Part shown: positions 1 to 9,308 of the stretch, in pieces
How positions within the stretch are numbered: position 1 is the first letter of the stretch
Layout of the letters: every line of letters starts with the position of its first letter
Made by a program: the position numbers and the translations under genes
Notes under the pieces: generated by a model
Database searches by the model: none
Seen by the model: only the letters and a program-made list of their open reading frames with translations
Told to the model about the DNA's origin: nothing
Assembly (NCBI GenBank): GCA_947382865.1
Contig: CANDBF010000003.1
Span: 1 to 63,529, forward strand
Direction: 5' to 3'
Length of the DNA: 63,529 nt
Source of the DNA: an uncultured Clostridia bacterium
GTDB taxonomy: Bacteria > Bacillota > Clostridia > Christensenellales > CAG-917

Positions 1-730
1 GTGTTTTGCGTCCTAACTCCGCTGTTATTCCGCTACTCCTCTTATACTACATTTTACCGCTTTTTTCAATGCTTTTTGCCTACTTTCCCACTTTTTATGC
101 TTTTTACTGACCTACCTGCTCTAAATTGGGGCGGCATAACGTCTGGCGCAAAATCTTTTTCGCAAAAAATGCAAACGACCTCAGGTGATACACCCAAAGC
201 CGTTCGCTATAATAAGGGGGAAAATTATGAGCTGTTTTATCAAGTCTCCTTGATTACGCTTACATATTATCACTACATTATATTCACGTCAACTATTTTT
301 TGTAAGTTTTTTTGAATTTTTTTCAAAAAACATCAAATTAGTCCACAAATACCAACAAATAAGTTGAGATTTATTTGCAAATTTGTTGAATTTGCGCTTG
401 CATATTTTGAATTTCTGCAAAAATCGGTATTCTAAAATATGCCGTTAAAATATCGATTTGTTAAAAACCGTATATCTAAATACATATTATCAAAACAGGC
501 GGTTTGAAGCCGTAAAAATGCCGATTTTTGAAATTTGCAGAAAAATTTTTCACGGGAGAGAGAAATTTTTGCGTAATAATAAAAAATTTTACGTTTAACG
601 CACGTACGACGACTCAAACAAATACGGTTTATCTTTAACAAAGCCGATTTTATTGCTAAGCGTAAACAAAAACTCAAACTTTACCTTGCGTTCGGTAATG
701 TGGGAATTTATACGAATCCTATCGATTAAG

Positions 731-2572
731 CTATTTTGTCTGTCTGAGCGCCACTATCAAAACAGCAATATCAGCCGGCGATACTCCCGAAACGCGCGAG
801 GCCTGTCCGAGATTGAGGGGTCTCACCTCGGCGAGCTTCTGTCTCGCTTCTATTCGGAGCGCTTTTACGCTTTCGTAATCAAAGCCGTCGGGAATTACTC
901 TGTTTTCCAACCTTTTCTGCTCGGCAATCGCCGCGTATTCCTTTTTCAGATATCCCTCGTACTTCATCTCGACAACCGCGGCGCGAAGCGCCTCTTCGTC
1001 ACAATCGGAGTCAATAAGCGGCGCGATATCCTCCGCCGTCACGGCGGGTCTGCGGCAAAGCTCGCCGAGGGTAGGCGTTTTTATCGGCGTCGGCTCTCCT
1101 ATTTTTTCAAATATAATCACAGCCCTTTCTCTGTCGACTGCCTTTGTAGCTTTGTCTACTATGCTCTTGATATATGCTCTTTTCTGCAAAAGCCTGCGAT
1201 ATCTGTCCTCTTTGACGAGTCCTATTTCATAGCCGAGCTCGGTGAGCCTCATATCCGCGTTATCCTGCCTCAAAAGAATGCGGTGTTCGGCGCGCGCCGT
1301 CATCATTCTGTACGGCTCGTTTGTGCCCTTTGTGACCAGATCGTCTATAAGTACTCCTATATACGCCTTATCGCGTCCGAGCACCACGGGCGGCTTGCCG
1401 TCCGTAGCGCGGGCGGCGTTTATCCCCGCCATAAGCCCCTGCGCCGCCGCCTCCTCGTAGCCGCTGCTGCCGTTTATTTGCCCCGCGAAATACAAACCTT
1501 TCACCATCTTGCTTTCAAGCGACGGATATAGGCTCATCGGGTCTATACAGTCGTATTCGATTGCGTAGCCATATTTTGCGAATCTGCAATTTTCCAGTCC
1601 CATCACCGTACGGTACATTTTCTCCTGCACGTCGGCGGGAAGTGAGGTGGACATACCCTGTACATACATCTCCTCGCTGTCTCTGCCCTCGGGCTCTATA
1701 AATATCTGGTGCCGCTCCTTATCCTTGAAGCGCACCACCTTCGTCTCTATCGACGGACAGTATCTCGGTCCCACGCCCTGAATCGTACCGTTGTAGAGAG
1801 GACTTCTGTCGATATTGTCAAGTATGACCTTGTGCGTGTTTTCGTTGGTGTAGGTAAGCCAGCAAGGCTCCTCCTCGAAGGTCGCGCGAGGAGACATAAA
1901 GGAAAATCTGTCGCTGTCGTCCCCCGTCTGTATTTGCATTTTGGAAAAGTCGATACTGTCGCGATATATGCGCGCGGGCGTTCCCGTCTTAAAGCGGCGC
2001 ACGGGTATTCCCGATTTTATAAGGCTTTGAGTGAGAGCGGTTGCGCTGTCGAAGCCGCTCGGTCCGCAGTTTTTCACGTCCTCGCCCGTAATGATTGCAC
2101 TGTTGAGATAGACTCCCGCCGCCACGACTATCGCCTTGGCAGAATACGCCGTGCCGTCCGTAGCGCGCACTCCTACGGCAACGCCGTCCCGCGTTTCTAT
2201 CTCCGCCGCTTCCTTTTCCTCTACGGTCAAACCCTCCGTATTAAGCACCGTAGCGAGCATAAGCGAGTGATATACCTCTTTATCCTCCTGCCCGCGCAGA
2301 GAAAAAACCGCGGGTCCTTTTGCCGAATTGAGCGTTTTCACCTGCAACAGAGCCTTATCCGCGCAAAGCCCCATTTCTCCGCCGAGCGCGTCCACCTCTT
2401 TTACGAGGTGTCCCTTTGCCGTTCCGCCTATGGACGGATTGCAGGGCATATTGGCAACCGTGCCGAGCTGCTGACAGAGCATAAGGGTACGCCTGCCGAG
2501 CCTTGCCGAAGCAAGCGCGGCTTCTACGCCGGCGTGTCCGCCCCCTATGATGATAACGTCGTAATCGTTCAT
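731..2572 (-). CDS. mnmG: tRNA uridine 5-carboxymethylaminomethyl modification enzyme MnmG (GidA)
   Basis: 613-aa ORF with N-terminal FAD fold DVIIIGGGHAGVEAA and full-length GidA-like sequence. Sits in the conserved mnmG-mnmE-jag-yidC-rnpA-rpmH order. Confidence 0.95.
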   Translation of the reverse strand: MNDYDVIIIGGGHAGVEAALASARLGRRTLMLCQQLGTVANMPCNPSIGGTAKGHLVKEVDALGGEMGLCADKALLQVKTLNSAKGPAVFSLRGQEDKEVYHSLMLATVLNTEGLTVEEKEAAEIETRDGVAVGVRATDGTAYSAKAIVVAAGVYLNSAIITGEDVKNCGPSGFDSATALTQSLIKSGIPVRRFKTGTPARIYRDSIDFSKMQIQTGDDSDRFSFMSPRATFEEEPCWLTYTNENTHKVILDNIDRSPLYNGTIQGVGPRYCPSIETKVVRFKDKERHQIFIEPEGRDSEEMYVQGMSTSLPADVQEKMYRTVMGLENCRFAKYGYAIEYDCIDPMSLYPSLESKMVKGLYFAGQINGSSGYEEAAAQGLMAGINAARATDGKPPVVLGRDKAYIGVLIDDLVTKGTNEPYRMMTARAEHRILLRQDNADMRLTELGYEIGLVKEDRYRRLLQKRAYIKSIVDKATKAVDRERAVIIFEKIGEPTPIKTPTLGELCRRPAVTAEDIAPLIDSDCDEEALRAAVVEMKYEGYLKKEYAAIAEQKRLENRVIPDGFDYESVKALRIEARQKLAEVRPLNLGQASRVSGVSPADIAVLIVALRQTK

Positions 2573-2617
2573 AATATCAATTTCTTCCGCCGTACGAGAA
2601 GCAACTGCGTCGCTAGT

Positions 2618-3937
2618 TTACTTACCTACGCAGAACTTCGAGAAAATGGAATCGATAATGCTTTCCGTCGCGGTTTTGCCGGTAATGCTCCCGAGTGCGT
2701 CGTACGCCTCGCGCAAATCTATAAGCAAACAGTCGACGGGACTGTCCGCATTTGCGATAGCGTTTTCGACGGCGCGCTTCGCCTCGTACAGAGCGGAGAT
2801 ATGTCTCTCCTCGGTCAGTACCTCGCCGCCCGTCAGCCCGTTTTCCTTGTACATCGCGGCAATAGCCCCGACAAGCGTATCTACGCCCTCGCCCGTCTTC
2901 GCGCTTATTCCAAATGTGTACGCCATACGCGGAATCGCAAAGCCGCCTATGTCGCACTTGTTGTATACTGTGAAAACCAATTTTTCTCCGAAATCCAAAT
3001 CTCCGCGCACCCTTGCGCTTTTGTCTATCACGTGCAGAACGATATCCGCGTTTGCAATCGCCCTTTTCGCCCTTTCTACACCTTGCGCTTCTATAACATC
3101 TCCGCTCTCGCGCAAGCCTGCCGTATCCACAAGATTTATGCGCACGCCGTTATATTCCATACTGCCCTCGACGGTATCGCGCGTAGTGCCCGCGATATCC
3201 GCGACAATGGCGCGCTCGTCGCCGAGCATCGCGTTCATAAGCGAGGATTTGCCCGCGTTTACGTCGCCCGCCAGAACTACGTTGAGTCCGTGCTTTGCAA
3301 TCCTGCCCTCCGAAGCGGTCAGTAGCAGCTGGTCTATCTCGTTAAGACTGCTTTGCATACTCTCTTTCAAGGACGGCAAGACCTCGTCCTCCGTCTCCTC
3401 GGGATAATCGAGAGTAGCTTCCAGCCCCGCAATCAGGTCTTCGAGGGAGTCGGATATTTTGTTTACCGCTTTTGCAACGCCGCCCGTCATAAGCCTGTAC
3501 GCAGCGCGCAAGCCCGCCGCGCTGTCGGCGTTTATCATATTGATAACTCCCTCCGCGTCCGCAAGCGACAGCCTGCCCGCAAGAAAGGCGCGCTTCGTAA
3601 ACTCGCCGTGCTCCGCAAGCGAAGCTCCCGCTTTGAGCAGCGCGCCGAGCGCGCCCTGCATAATACGCACGCCTCCGTGCAGATAAAACTCCACAGTGTC
3701 CTCGCCCGTATACGCCTTTGCCGCGGGAAAATAGACGGCGTAGCCGTTATCCTTGAAGTCCTGCGCACTAAACGTGCCGTAATTCATCATCAACGGCTGC
3801 CATCTGTTCTGCGCGCCGCTTTTGCCGCCGAAATGAAAAACGGTATCGGCTATACCGAGCGCTCCGTCTCCGGAAACGCGCACTATGCCGATACCCCCTG
3901 CGCCGATAGGTGACGATATTGCCGCTATCGTTTTCAT
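2618..3937 (-). CDS. mnmE: tRNA modification GTPase MnmE (TrmE)
   Basis: 439-aa ORF with G-domain motifs GDVNAGKSSL, DTAG and NKCD, and the C-terminal FCVGK (CxGK) signature. Confidence 0.95.
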   Translation of the reverse strand: MKTIAAISSPIGAGGIGIVRVSGDGALGIADTVFHFGGKSGAQNRWQPLMMNYGTFSAQDFKDNGYAVYFPAAKAYTGEDTVEFYLHGGVRIMQGALGALLKAGASLAEHGEFTKRAFLAGRLSLADAEGVINMINADSAAGLRAAYRLMTGGVAKAVNKISDSLEDLIAGLEATLDYPEETEDEVLPSLKESMQSSLNEIDQLLLTASEGRIAKHGLNVVLAGDVNAGKSSLMNAMLGDERAIVADIAGTTRDTVEGSMEYNGVRINLVDTAGLRESGDVIEAQGVERAKRAIANADIVLHVIDKSARVRGDLDFGEKLVFTVYNKCDIGGFAIPRMAYTFGISAKTGEGVDTLVGAIAAMYKENGLTGGEVLTEERHISALYEAKRAVENAIANADSPVDCLLIDLREAYDALGSITGKTATESIIDSIFSKFCVGK

Positions 3938-4827
3938 CAGAATCTCTTTTTGCCTCCGAAGCTCTTGAATTTCGGCGGTCCGGATTGAGAAGCGGGCTTC
4001 ACGAAATCGTCCTGCTCCGTGAAATATCCGAGATAAACGTTGCCGTCCTCGACCTCGGGCTCATCCTCGCGCGGTCTACGCTCGGCTCTGCCGCCGTCTC
4101 TGCGCCGTCTGTCCTCGCGCCTGCCTCCGTCTCGCCTGTCGTTTCTTCTGTCGCCGCGGCGCCTGTCTTCCCTGCCTCCGCGTTCTCTTTCGCCGCTCTT
4201 TATGGGACGCTCGTCTTTAAGCTCCACTCCGACGGGGATAATGACGATATGTCTCATAGCGTCCTCTCCCTCGCTCACGGTCTGAGCAACCGTTCCGTCC
4301 GCAAGCGCGCTGTGTATAACCCGCCTCTCGAACGGATTCATAGGTTCGAGCTCGATTTTACGTCTAAGTCTGACCGCCTTCTCGGCAAGTCTCAACGCGA
4401 GCGCGGTCAGCGCTTCCTTGCGCTTTTCGCGATAATTCTCGCAATCTACGACCACCTTTTTCAGCTCCGCCTTATGCTCGTTGAGGAAAGTCATCGAAAG
4501 ATATTGAAGAGCGTCCAGCGTTTCGCCGCGATAGCCTATTGCGACCGCGCTGTCCTCTCCCGTAATCCTTACGACAATCACGTCGTTTTCCTCGGTCACT
4601 TGCGCACGGGATTTCAATCCCATACGTTCCAGCACACCGTTTATAAACGCGTCCATCTTTTCCGCCGCGTCGTCCCTGACCGTAACGCGCACTTCCGCCT
4701 TGGAGAACAGCCCGCCATCGGAGAGCACCTCTACGTCGACTTTATCTCTGGAAACGCCCAGCTGTTCGAGCGCCTGTTCGACGGCAAGCTCCACACTGCC
4801 CGCCTGAATTTCAATACTTTTATCCAT
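3937..4827 (-). CDS. jag: Jag/KhpB-type RNA-binding protein (Jag_N, KH, R3H) with Arg-rich C-terminal tail
   Basis: 296-aa ORF between yidC and mnmE. R3H-like segment PFERRVIHSAL. Its stop overlaps the mnmE start. Confidence 0.85.
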   Translation of the reverse strand: MDKSIEIQAGSVELAVEQALEQLGVSRDKVDVEVLSDGGLFSKAEVRVTVRDDAAEKMDAFINGVLERMGLKSRAQVTEENDVIVVRITGEDSAVAIGYRGETLDALQYLSMTFLNEHKAELKKVVVDCENYREKRKEALTALALRLAEKAVRLRRKIELEPMNPFERRVIHSALADGTVAQTVSEGEDAMRHIVIIPVGVELKDERPIKSGERERGGREDRRRGDRRNDRRDGGRREDRRRRDGGRAERRPREDEPEVEDGNVYLGYFTEQDDFVKPASQSGPPKFKSFGGKKRF

Positions 4828-4835
4828 TTTGACTC

Positions 4836-6089
4836 CTATCTTTTAGCAACGATAACGTTTGATTTGTCTTCCTTTGCGCGGTCGATAATTTTGCCGATTA
4901 TATTGAACGCAAACTGGAATACTATCGCCGTAAGCGACGACGTGAACATATACACCGCAAACGCGCCCGAATACAGCAGTCCGAATACGCCCATCATAAT
5001 CGGCATAAGCCACTGCATCATCTTCATCGAGCCCTGCGCTCCCGCCGCGCCCTCTCCCGTCGGAACGGGGGGCTGACCCTGCGACTTGGAAAGTATCTTC
5101 TGCGAAAGGAAGCTGAGCACTATCGACAGAACGGGAAGGATGAGAAGCCCGTTCCAAGAACCGCCCTTTCCGTATCCGCCGGTGCCGAGCACCTTGCCCA
5201 TAACCGTGTTGTATTCGTCTATTGTAATTCCCGCAAGTCTGGAATTTGCAAAACCCGACTGACCCGTGACTGTGGCAAAGTCGGGAACCGCCTTATACCA
5301 GTTGTCGCCGACGAAAATGTTCTTTATCCAAAGCCAGCTTCTTACGCTCTTCTGTCCGTCGGAATAATACGCCTCGGCGACGGCATCCTGCGCCTTTTCC
5401 ATAGCTCCCGCCACGTGCGTATCGCCGTCCTCGTATCCGAAGTAAAACCTTGCGCCCTCTTCGTCCTTCGGGACGTCGTCGAGATTGTAGACCTTGTTTT
5501 CGGCGGCGTCGGTCGTGCCGTACTTCGCCTCGATTTGCTCGCTGAGACTATTATTGTAAACAATTTGACTGTTTTTATAATCCTGCGCGAACTGATATCC
5601 CACAACCTGTCTGAACCCCGCGAAAACCACAAAAAATACCACAAACGTGATAATCGTGGGCAGACACATGCCCATAACCGAATACTTTTCCCGCTTATAA
5701 AGAGCGGATTGCTCCTGCTGCAAGCGCTGCTTGTCGTCCGCATATTTTGCCTGCAACGCTTCCAGCTGCGGTTTCATACGCTCCATAGCCTTGCTGTTTT
5801 TGCGGGCAATCATTTTCTGCCATATGTCGAGGGGAGAAAGAATGAGACGCAATACGATTGTAAACACAACGACAACCCAGCCGAAGCTCACGCCCGGACC
5901 CATGCTTCTGCCGATTACGAGCATAAATTTCGCCATAAAATGGTCGGGCTCCGCGACCGTGTCGCCGCCCGATACGTTGTAAGAGTTGTCGTTGTTGCAC
6001 GCAACCAAAATGAGGCAACTCAACACTACGAGTGCCACCAGCAGATATATCTGCAATTTTCGTTTGCGTTCAAAGCCTAAATAAGCCAT
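4836..6089 (-). CDS. yidC: membrane protein insertase YidC (lipoprotein-type signal, LVAC lipobox)
   Basis: 417-aa ORF with the Oxa1/YidC core (SPLDIWQKM..., multiple TM segments). Its position between yidD and jag is conserved. Confidence 0.9.
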   Translation of the reverse strand: MAYLGFERKRKLQIYLLVALVVLSCLILVACNNDNSYNVSGGDTVAEPDHFMAKFMLVIGRSMGPGVSFGWVVVVFTIVLRLILSPLDIWQKMIARKNSKAMERMKPQLEALQAKYADDKQRLQQEQSALYKREKYSVMGMCLPTIITFVVFFVVFAGFRQVVGYQFAQDYKNSQIVYNNSLSEQIEAKYGTTDAAENKVYNLDDVPKDEEGARFYFGYEDGDTHVAGAMEKAQDAVAEAYYSDGQKSVRSWLWIKNIFVGDNWYKAVPDFATVTGQSGFANSRLAGITIDEYNTVMGKVLGTGGYGKGGSWNGLLILPVLSIVLSFLSQKILSKSQGQPPVPTGEGAAGAQGSMKMMQWLMPIMMGVFGLLYSGAFAVYMFTSSLTAIVFQFAFNIIGKIIDRAKEDKSNVIVAKR

Positions 6090-6322
6090 TTGACTCTTCC
6101 TCGATAATTTTCCCTCACGGGGTCAAAGCCGCCCTTTGCCCACGGTCCGCATCTGAGAAGCCTCAGCGCGGTGAGCGCTATGCCAATAACCGCTCCGTAC
6201 TTGCTTATAGCGTCGTACGAGTACATCGAGCACGTGGGAGTATATGCGCAGCGTCTGCCCGTCAGGGGAGAAAGCGTCCGCTTGTACAGCAACAGCAGCA
6301 AAAGACAAAACCTTTTCAGCAT
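6077..6322 (-). CDS. yidD: membrane protein insertion efficiency factor YidD
   Basis: 81-aa ORF with the conserved CAYTPTCSMYSYDAI motif. Overlaps both rnpA and yidC. Confidence 0.9.
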   Translation of the reverse strand: MLKRFCLLLLLLYKRTLSPLTGRRCAYTPTCSMYSYDAISKYGAVIGIALTALRLLRCGPWAKGGFDPVRENYRGRVKWLI

Positions 6323-6651
6323 TTCAGCTTCCCTGCCCTTGTAAAAGCGGCGACAACCTCTTCGGATACCCTTGAGAGCGGAAGCCCCGCGACGGTGGGG
6401 CGCGCGACTATGACATACATATATCCGCCGTCAATCCTGTCCGTAAGCGGGTTTATCGCCTCGCGCAGCAAACGTTTCACTCTGTTGCGCACGACCGCGT
6501 TGCCCACCTTTTTGGACACGGACAGTCCGATTTTCAGCCCCTCGCGCGAGCGGGCGCTCAGCAGCAGCAGGTCTCTTGCGGACGACTTTTCTCCCTTGCG
6601 GTAGACGTATGCGAAAGCCGCCCTCCTTTTAAGCCTGTACTGCTTTTGCAT
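6316..6651 (-). CDS. rnpA: ribonuclease P protein component
   Basis: 111-aa basic ORF with the RNR-like motif VVRNRVKRLLRE, 3 nt downstream of rpmH. Confidence 0.9.
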   Translation of the reverse strand: MQKQYRLKRRAAFAYVYRKGEKSSARDLLLLSARSREGLKIGLSVSKKVGNAVVRNRVKRLLREAINPLTDRIDGGYMYVIVARPTVAGLPLSRVSEEVVAAFTRAGKLKC

Positions 6652-6653
6652 AT

Positions 6654-6788
6654 TTACGCCGAAATCTGCTTCCTGCCTCTGTTGCGACGGCGTCTCAAAA
6701 CGTTTCTGCCGGACTTGGTGCTCATCCTCTTGCGGAAGCCGTGCACTTTATTTCTCTGTCTCTTTTTGGGCTGGTATGTTTGTTTCAT
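6654..6788 (-). CDS. rpmH: 50S ribosomal protein L34
   Basis: Not in the ORF track (44 aa). Hand translation of the minus strand gives [44 protein letters not shown], with GGAAAAGGA upstream. Confidence 0.95.
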   Translation of the reverse strand: MKQTYQPKKRQRNKVHGFRKRMSTKSGRNVLRRRRNRGRKQISA

Positions 6789-6880
6789 ATCCTTTTCCTC
6801 CGTCCGCTCCCCGTTATGTCGGGAGCTTCGATTGTTATTCGTTTGATTTATTGCTTTATTTATATAATAAACGCTTGTCT

Positions 6881-6910
6881 ATTATAATAAACGAACGGCG
6901 CGCCTGTCAA
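6881..6910 (-). promoter_or_regulatory. sigma-A type promoter of the rpmH-rnpA operon
   Basis: Minus strand reads TTGACA, 18 nt, TATAAT, about 90 nt upstream of the rpmH start. Confidence 0.6.
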
Positions 6911-6936
6911 GCGATATTTTAACGGCGGCCTTCGTT

Positions 6937-6971
6937 AAAAAAACCGCCCCGCGTCTTTTGGACGGGGACGG
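6937..6971 (-). terminator. intrinsic terminator after argS
   Basis: GC-rich hairpin CCGUCCCCG...CGGGGCGG followed by a U7 run on the minus strand, just after the argS stop. Confidence 0.75.
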
Positions 6972-6977
6972 CTGCGT

Positions 6978-8663
6978 TTACATTTCCTCGGGAGCGTCTA
7001 TTCCAAGCAGACCAAGTCCCGCGCCAATTACGTTCGCCGTAGCTTTTGTAAGCAGCAGTCTCGCGTTTTTCACCGCCGCGTCGTCCACGATTATGCGGTG
7101 CCCTATATAGAATCTGTTGAACTTCTCCGCCAAATCCATAACGTGTCTCGATACGCAGCATGGCTCGCGCAGCTTCGCCGCCTGTCTCACGCTGTCGCCG
7201 AAGGTCAGCACGCTCTTTATCACCTCGTAGCCCTCGTCGTCGGTTATCGCGCCGACGTCGATATCGGAGCAGTCTGGCTCGCCGCCCTTTCTAAGCGCGC
7301 TCGCGCAACGGGCGTAGGTGTATTGCAGATAGGGCGACGTTTCGCCGTCGAAGTTGAGCACCTTGTCAAACGAGAACGTTATGTCCTTTATGCGGTTGTT
7401 AAACAGCGCTGAAAATACCACCGCGCCCACGCCTACGCTCTCGGCAATCGCCGCCTTGTCCTTTATATCGGGGTTTTTCTCGTCGATGATAGCCGCCGCC
7501 TTTTCCACAGCTTTGTCCAGCACGTCTTTAAGCCAAACTACGCGTCCGTTTCTCGTGGACATAGCTCCGTCTTCCATGGAAACCATTCCGAAAGCGATAT
7601 GCTCCAAATCCTCCGCTCCCGCAAAATCCATAAGTTTAAGCACCTGAAATAGCTGCTTAAAGTGCAGATTTTGCTGATATGCGACAACGTATAGGCATTT
7701 TTCAAAGTCATATGTTCGCTTGCGGTAATACGCGGCGGCGATATCGCGCGTAGCGTACAGCGTAGCGCCGTCTGCCTTGACAAGCAGACAGGGAGGCATA
7801 TCGTATTCGTCCAGCTTCACCACCTGCGCGCCGTCGCTCTCTATGAGCAGATTTTTTTCTCTCAGTATGTCGAGGCACTCCTCCATCTTATCGTTGTAAA
7901 AACTTTCGCCCGCATAGCTGTCGAACTTGATTTTCAGCCTGTCGTAAATCTTCCCGACCGCTCTCATCGTCACCTGCTTGAACACGTCGAAATATTTTGT
8001 AGCCTCTTCGTCTCCGTCCTCTATGCGCTTAAACCAGGCGCGCGCCTCGTCGTCCATCGAGGGATTTTCTTCCGCCTCTTTGTGATAGCGCACGTACAGC
8101 GAATTGAGGAAATACTCGTCGTTTTTCTCCACTTCTTCGAGCGACGACCACCTACGCGTGGCGACGATGAGCTTGCCGAACTGCGTGCCCCAGTCCCCCA
8201 GATGGTTTATGCCCACGACTCTGTATCCGAGATGCTCGAAAATGCGGTACAGCGCGCCGCCGATAACTGTTGTGCTCAGATGACCGATATGAAACGGCTT
8301 TGCGATATTGACGGAGGAATAGTCGATGCATATCGTCTTTCCCTCGCCCTCGTTTCCGCTTCCTACTCCCTTTCCCGCATATGCGGCTTCCCTGACTTTT
8401 TCCGCGATAACCGCGCGGTCGAAGAAAATATTCAGATATCCGCCTGCGACCTCCGCTCTGTCCACAAAATCCAGAACCTGTGCGTACGGCATAAGTTTTG
8501 CCGCGATAACGGGCGGCGCCAGCCTCATTGCGCGCGCAAACTTAAAGCACGGCAGACATATATCGCCCAGCTTCGGTTCCTTTGGCGTTTCGAGCGCGCC
8601 CGCTATATCCTGTTCGGTCAGTCCCTCGACTGCGAGAGCCTTTGAAAGTTGTTGTTCGTACAT
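6978..8663 (-). CDS. argS: arginine--tRNA ligase
   Basis: 561-aa ORF with the class I HIGH motif (PFHIGHLSTT) and ArgRS-like length and ends. Confidence 0.95.
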   Translation of the reverse strand: MYEQQLSKALAVEGLTEQDIAGALETPKEPKLGDICLPCFKFARAMRLAPPVIAAKLMPYAQVLDFVDRAEVAGGYLNIFFDRAVIAEKVREAAYAGKGVGSGNEGEGKTICIDYSSVNIAKPFHIGHLSTTVIGGALYRIFEHLGYRVVGINHLGDWGTQFGKLIVATRRWSSLEEVEKNDEYFLNSLYVRYHKEAEENPSMDDEARAWFKRIEDGDEEATKYFDVFKQVTMRAVGKIYDRLKIKFDSYAGESFYNDKMEECLDILREKNLLIESDGAQVVKLDEYDMPPCLLVKADGATLYATRDIAAAYYRKRTYDFEKCLYVVAYQQNLHFKQLFQVLKLMDFAGAEDLEHIAFGMVSMEDGAMSTRNGRVVWLKDVLDKAVEKAAAIIDEKNPDIKDKAAIAESVGVGAVVFSALFNNRIKDITFSFDKVLNFDGETSPYLQYTYARCASALRKGGEPDCSDIDVGAITDDEGYEVIKSVLTFGDSVRQAAKLREPCCVSRHVMDLAEKFNRFYIGHRIIVDDAAVKNARLLLTKATANVIGAGLGLLGIDAPEEM

Positions 8664-8700
8664 TGAATGTCCTCTTTGTATTGGTGTTGGTTGTATTGGC

Positions 8701-9029
8701 GACGTGCTCTATAAAATGGATACGTCGGGTACTCTAAAATCCCCCTTCCTCAGGTGTTCCCCCTATTGCGGTCTCTCACTTGGGATTCCCAAGCGAGCCT
8801 CTCCGCAAGCCTTCGGCGGGTGAACACAACGCGATTGGACTTTCAGTCAACAATCGCTATTCCGTCGCTACGCTCCTTACGGCGCTCGCATATACAAGCA
8901 TAGATCTCTGTTTATATCACTCGCTCACATGCAGAAAACGAAATTGCCTGTTCGCTTGTACAGAGCGTCAAGCTCGGCACTCGGGTTGGCGCGCGCCCTG
9001 CACGCGCCGGTACAGTCTCTTGAACAGCG
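8701..9029 (-). ncRNA. copy A of an unclassified ~330-400 nt structured repeat element (central-domain version 1, 5' module missing)
   Basis: About 8 mismatches by eye to copy B over ~175 nt. Shares conserved hairpins. A G.U wobble fits only the minus strand. No conserved ORF. Confidence 0.5.
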
Positions 9030-9258
9030 ATTTGCCGAAATCATGTTCGCGCAAACTGATTTTTTATCCGCTCGCTCACAAAGTGAGCAAAACTATATTT
9101 ACGCAAAAAGTGGAAATTTCTTTCACTTTTTGCCCCTTATGCGACGAAGCACGGTGAGCTTGCGGAGTGCGTGGAGTAGCGTTTGCGCTCACAGCACACG
9201 CGACAACTACAAACTAAAACAATCAATATAAACTTTCAGTTTTGTTGTCGCTGTGCGT

Positions 9259-9289
9259 ACGTAAAATGCGATAAAACCGCATTTTACGT
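9259..9289 (-). terminator. perfect 12-bp hairpin just after ychF (possible terminator, no clear U-tract)
   Basis: ACGTAAAATGCG, 7-nt loop, CGCATTTTACGT, 20 nt beyond the ychF stop. Confidence 0.4.
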
Positions 9290-9308
9290 GTGACATTCGG
9301 CGCAAAAC

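Noticed and set aside
1-315. 104-aa ORF at the window start, and weak resemblance of 150-200 (CCTCAGGTGATACACCC) and ~40-50 (CTTATACTA) to words in the repeat element.
   Set aside because: The ORF has a GTG start at the window edge, a Phe/Leu/Thr-rich translation and no motifs. The short word matches are not collinear with the element.
8840-8870. GAAAGTCC word inside the version-1 central domain, reminiscent of the RNase P RNA P4 region.
   Set aside because: It is an isolated 8-mer. The surrounding sequence lacks the other universally conserved RNase P segments, and the element is multi-copy.
8780-9157. ORFs inside the repeat elements (8780-9157, 8929-9231, 56376-56645, 56621-56821, 63187-63474).
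   Set aside because: Similarity between copies is at the nucleotide level. The frames break differently in each copy, there are no ribosome-binding sites, and compensatory stem substitutions argue for RNA or DNA structure instead.
8664-9308. T-box riboswitch leader upstream of argS.
   Set aside because: I expected one for a Firmicute aminoacyl-tRNA synthetase gene. I could not find the T-box core (GGGTGGTACCGCG-like), an AGAGA/specifier-loop layout or a terminator/antiterminator pair. The same sequence also recurs at loci unrelated to amino-acid metabolism.
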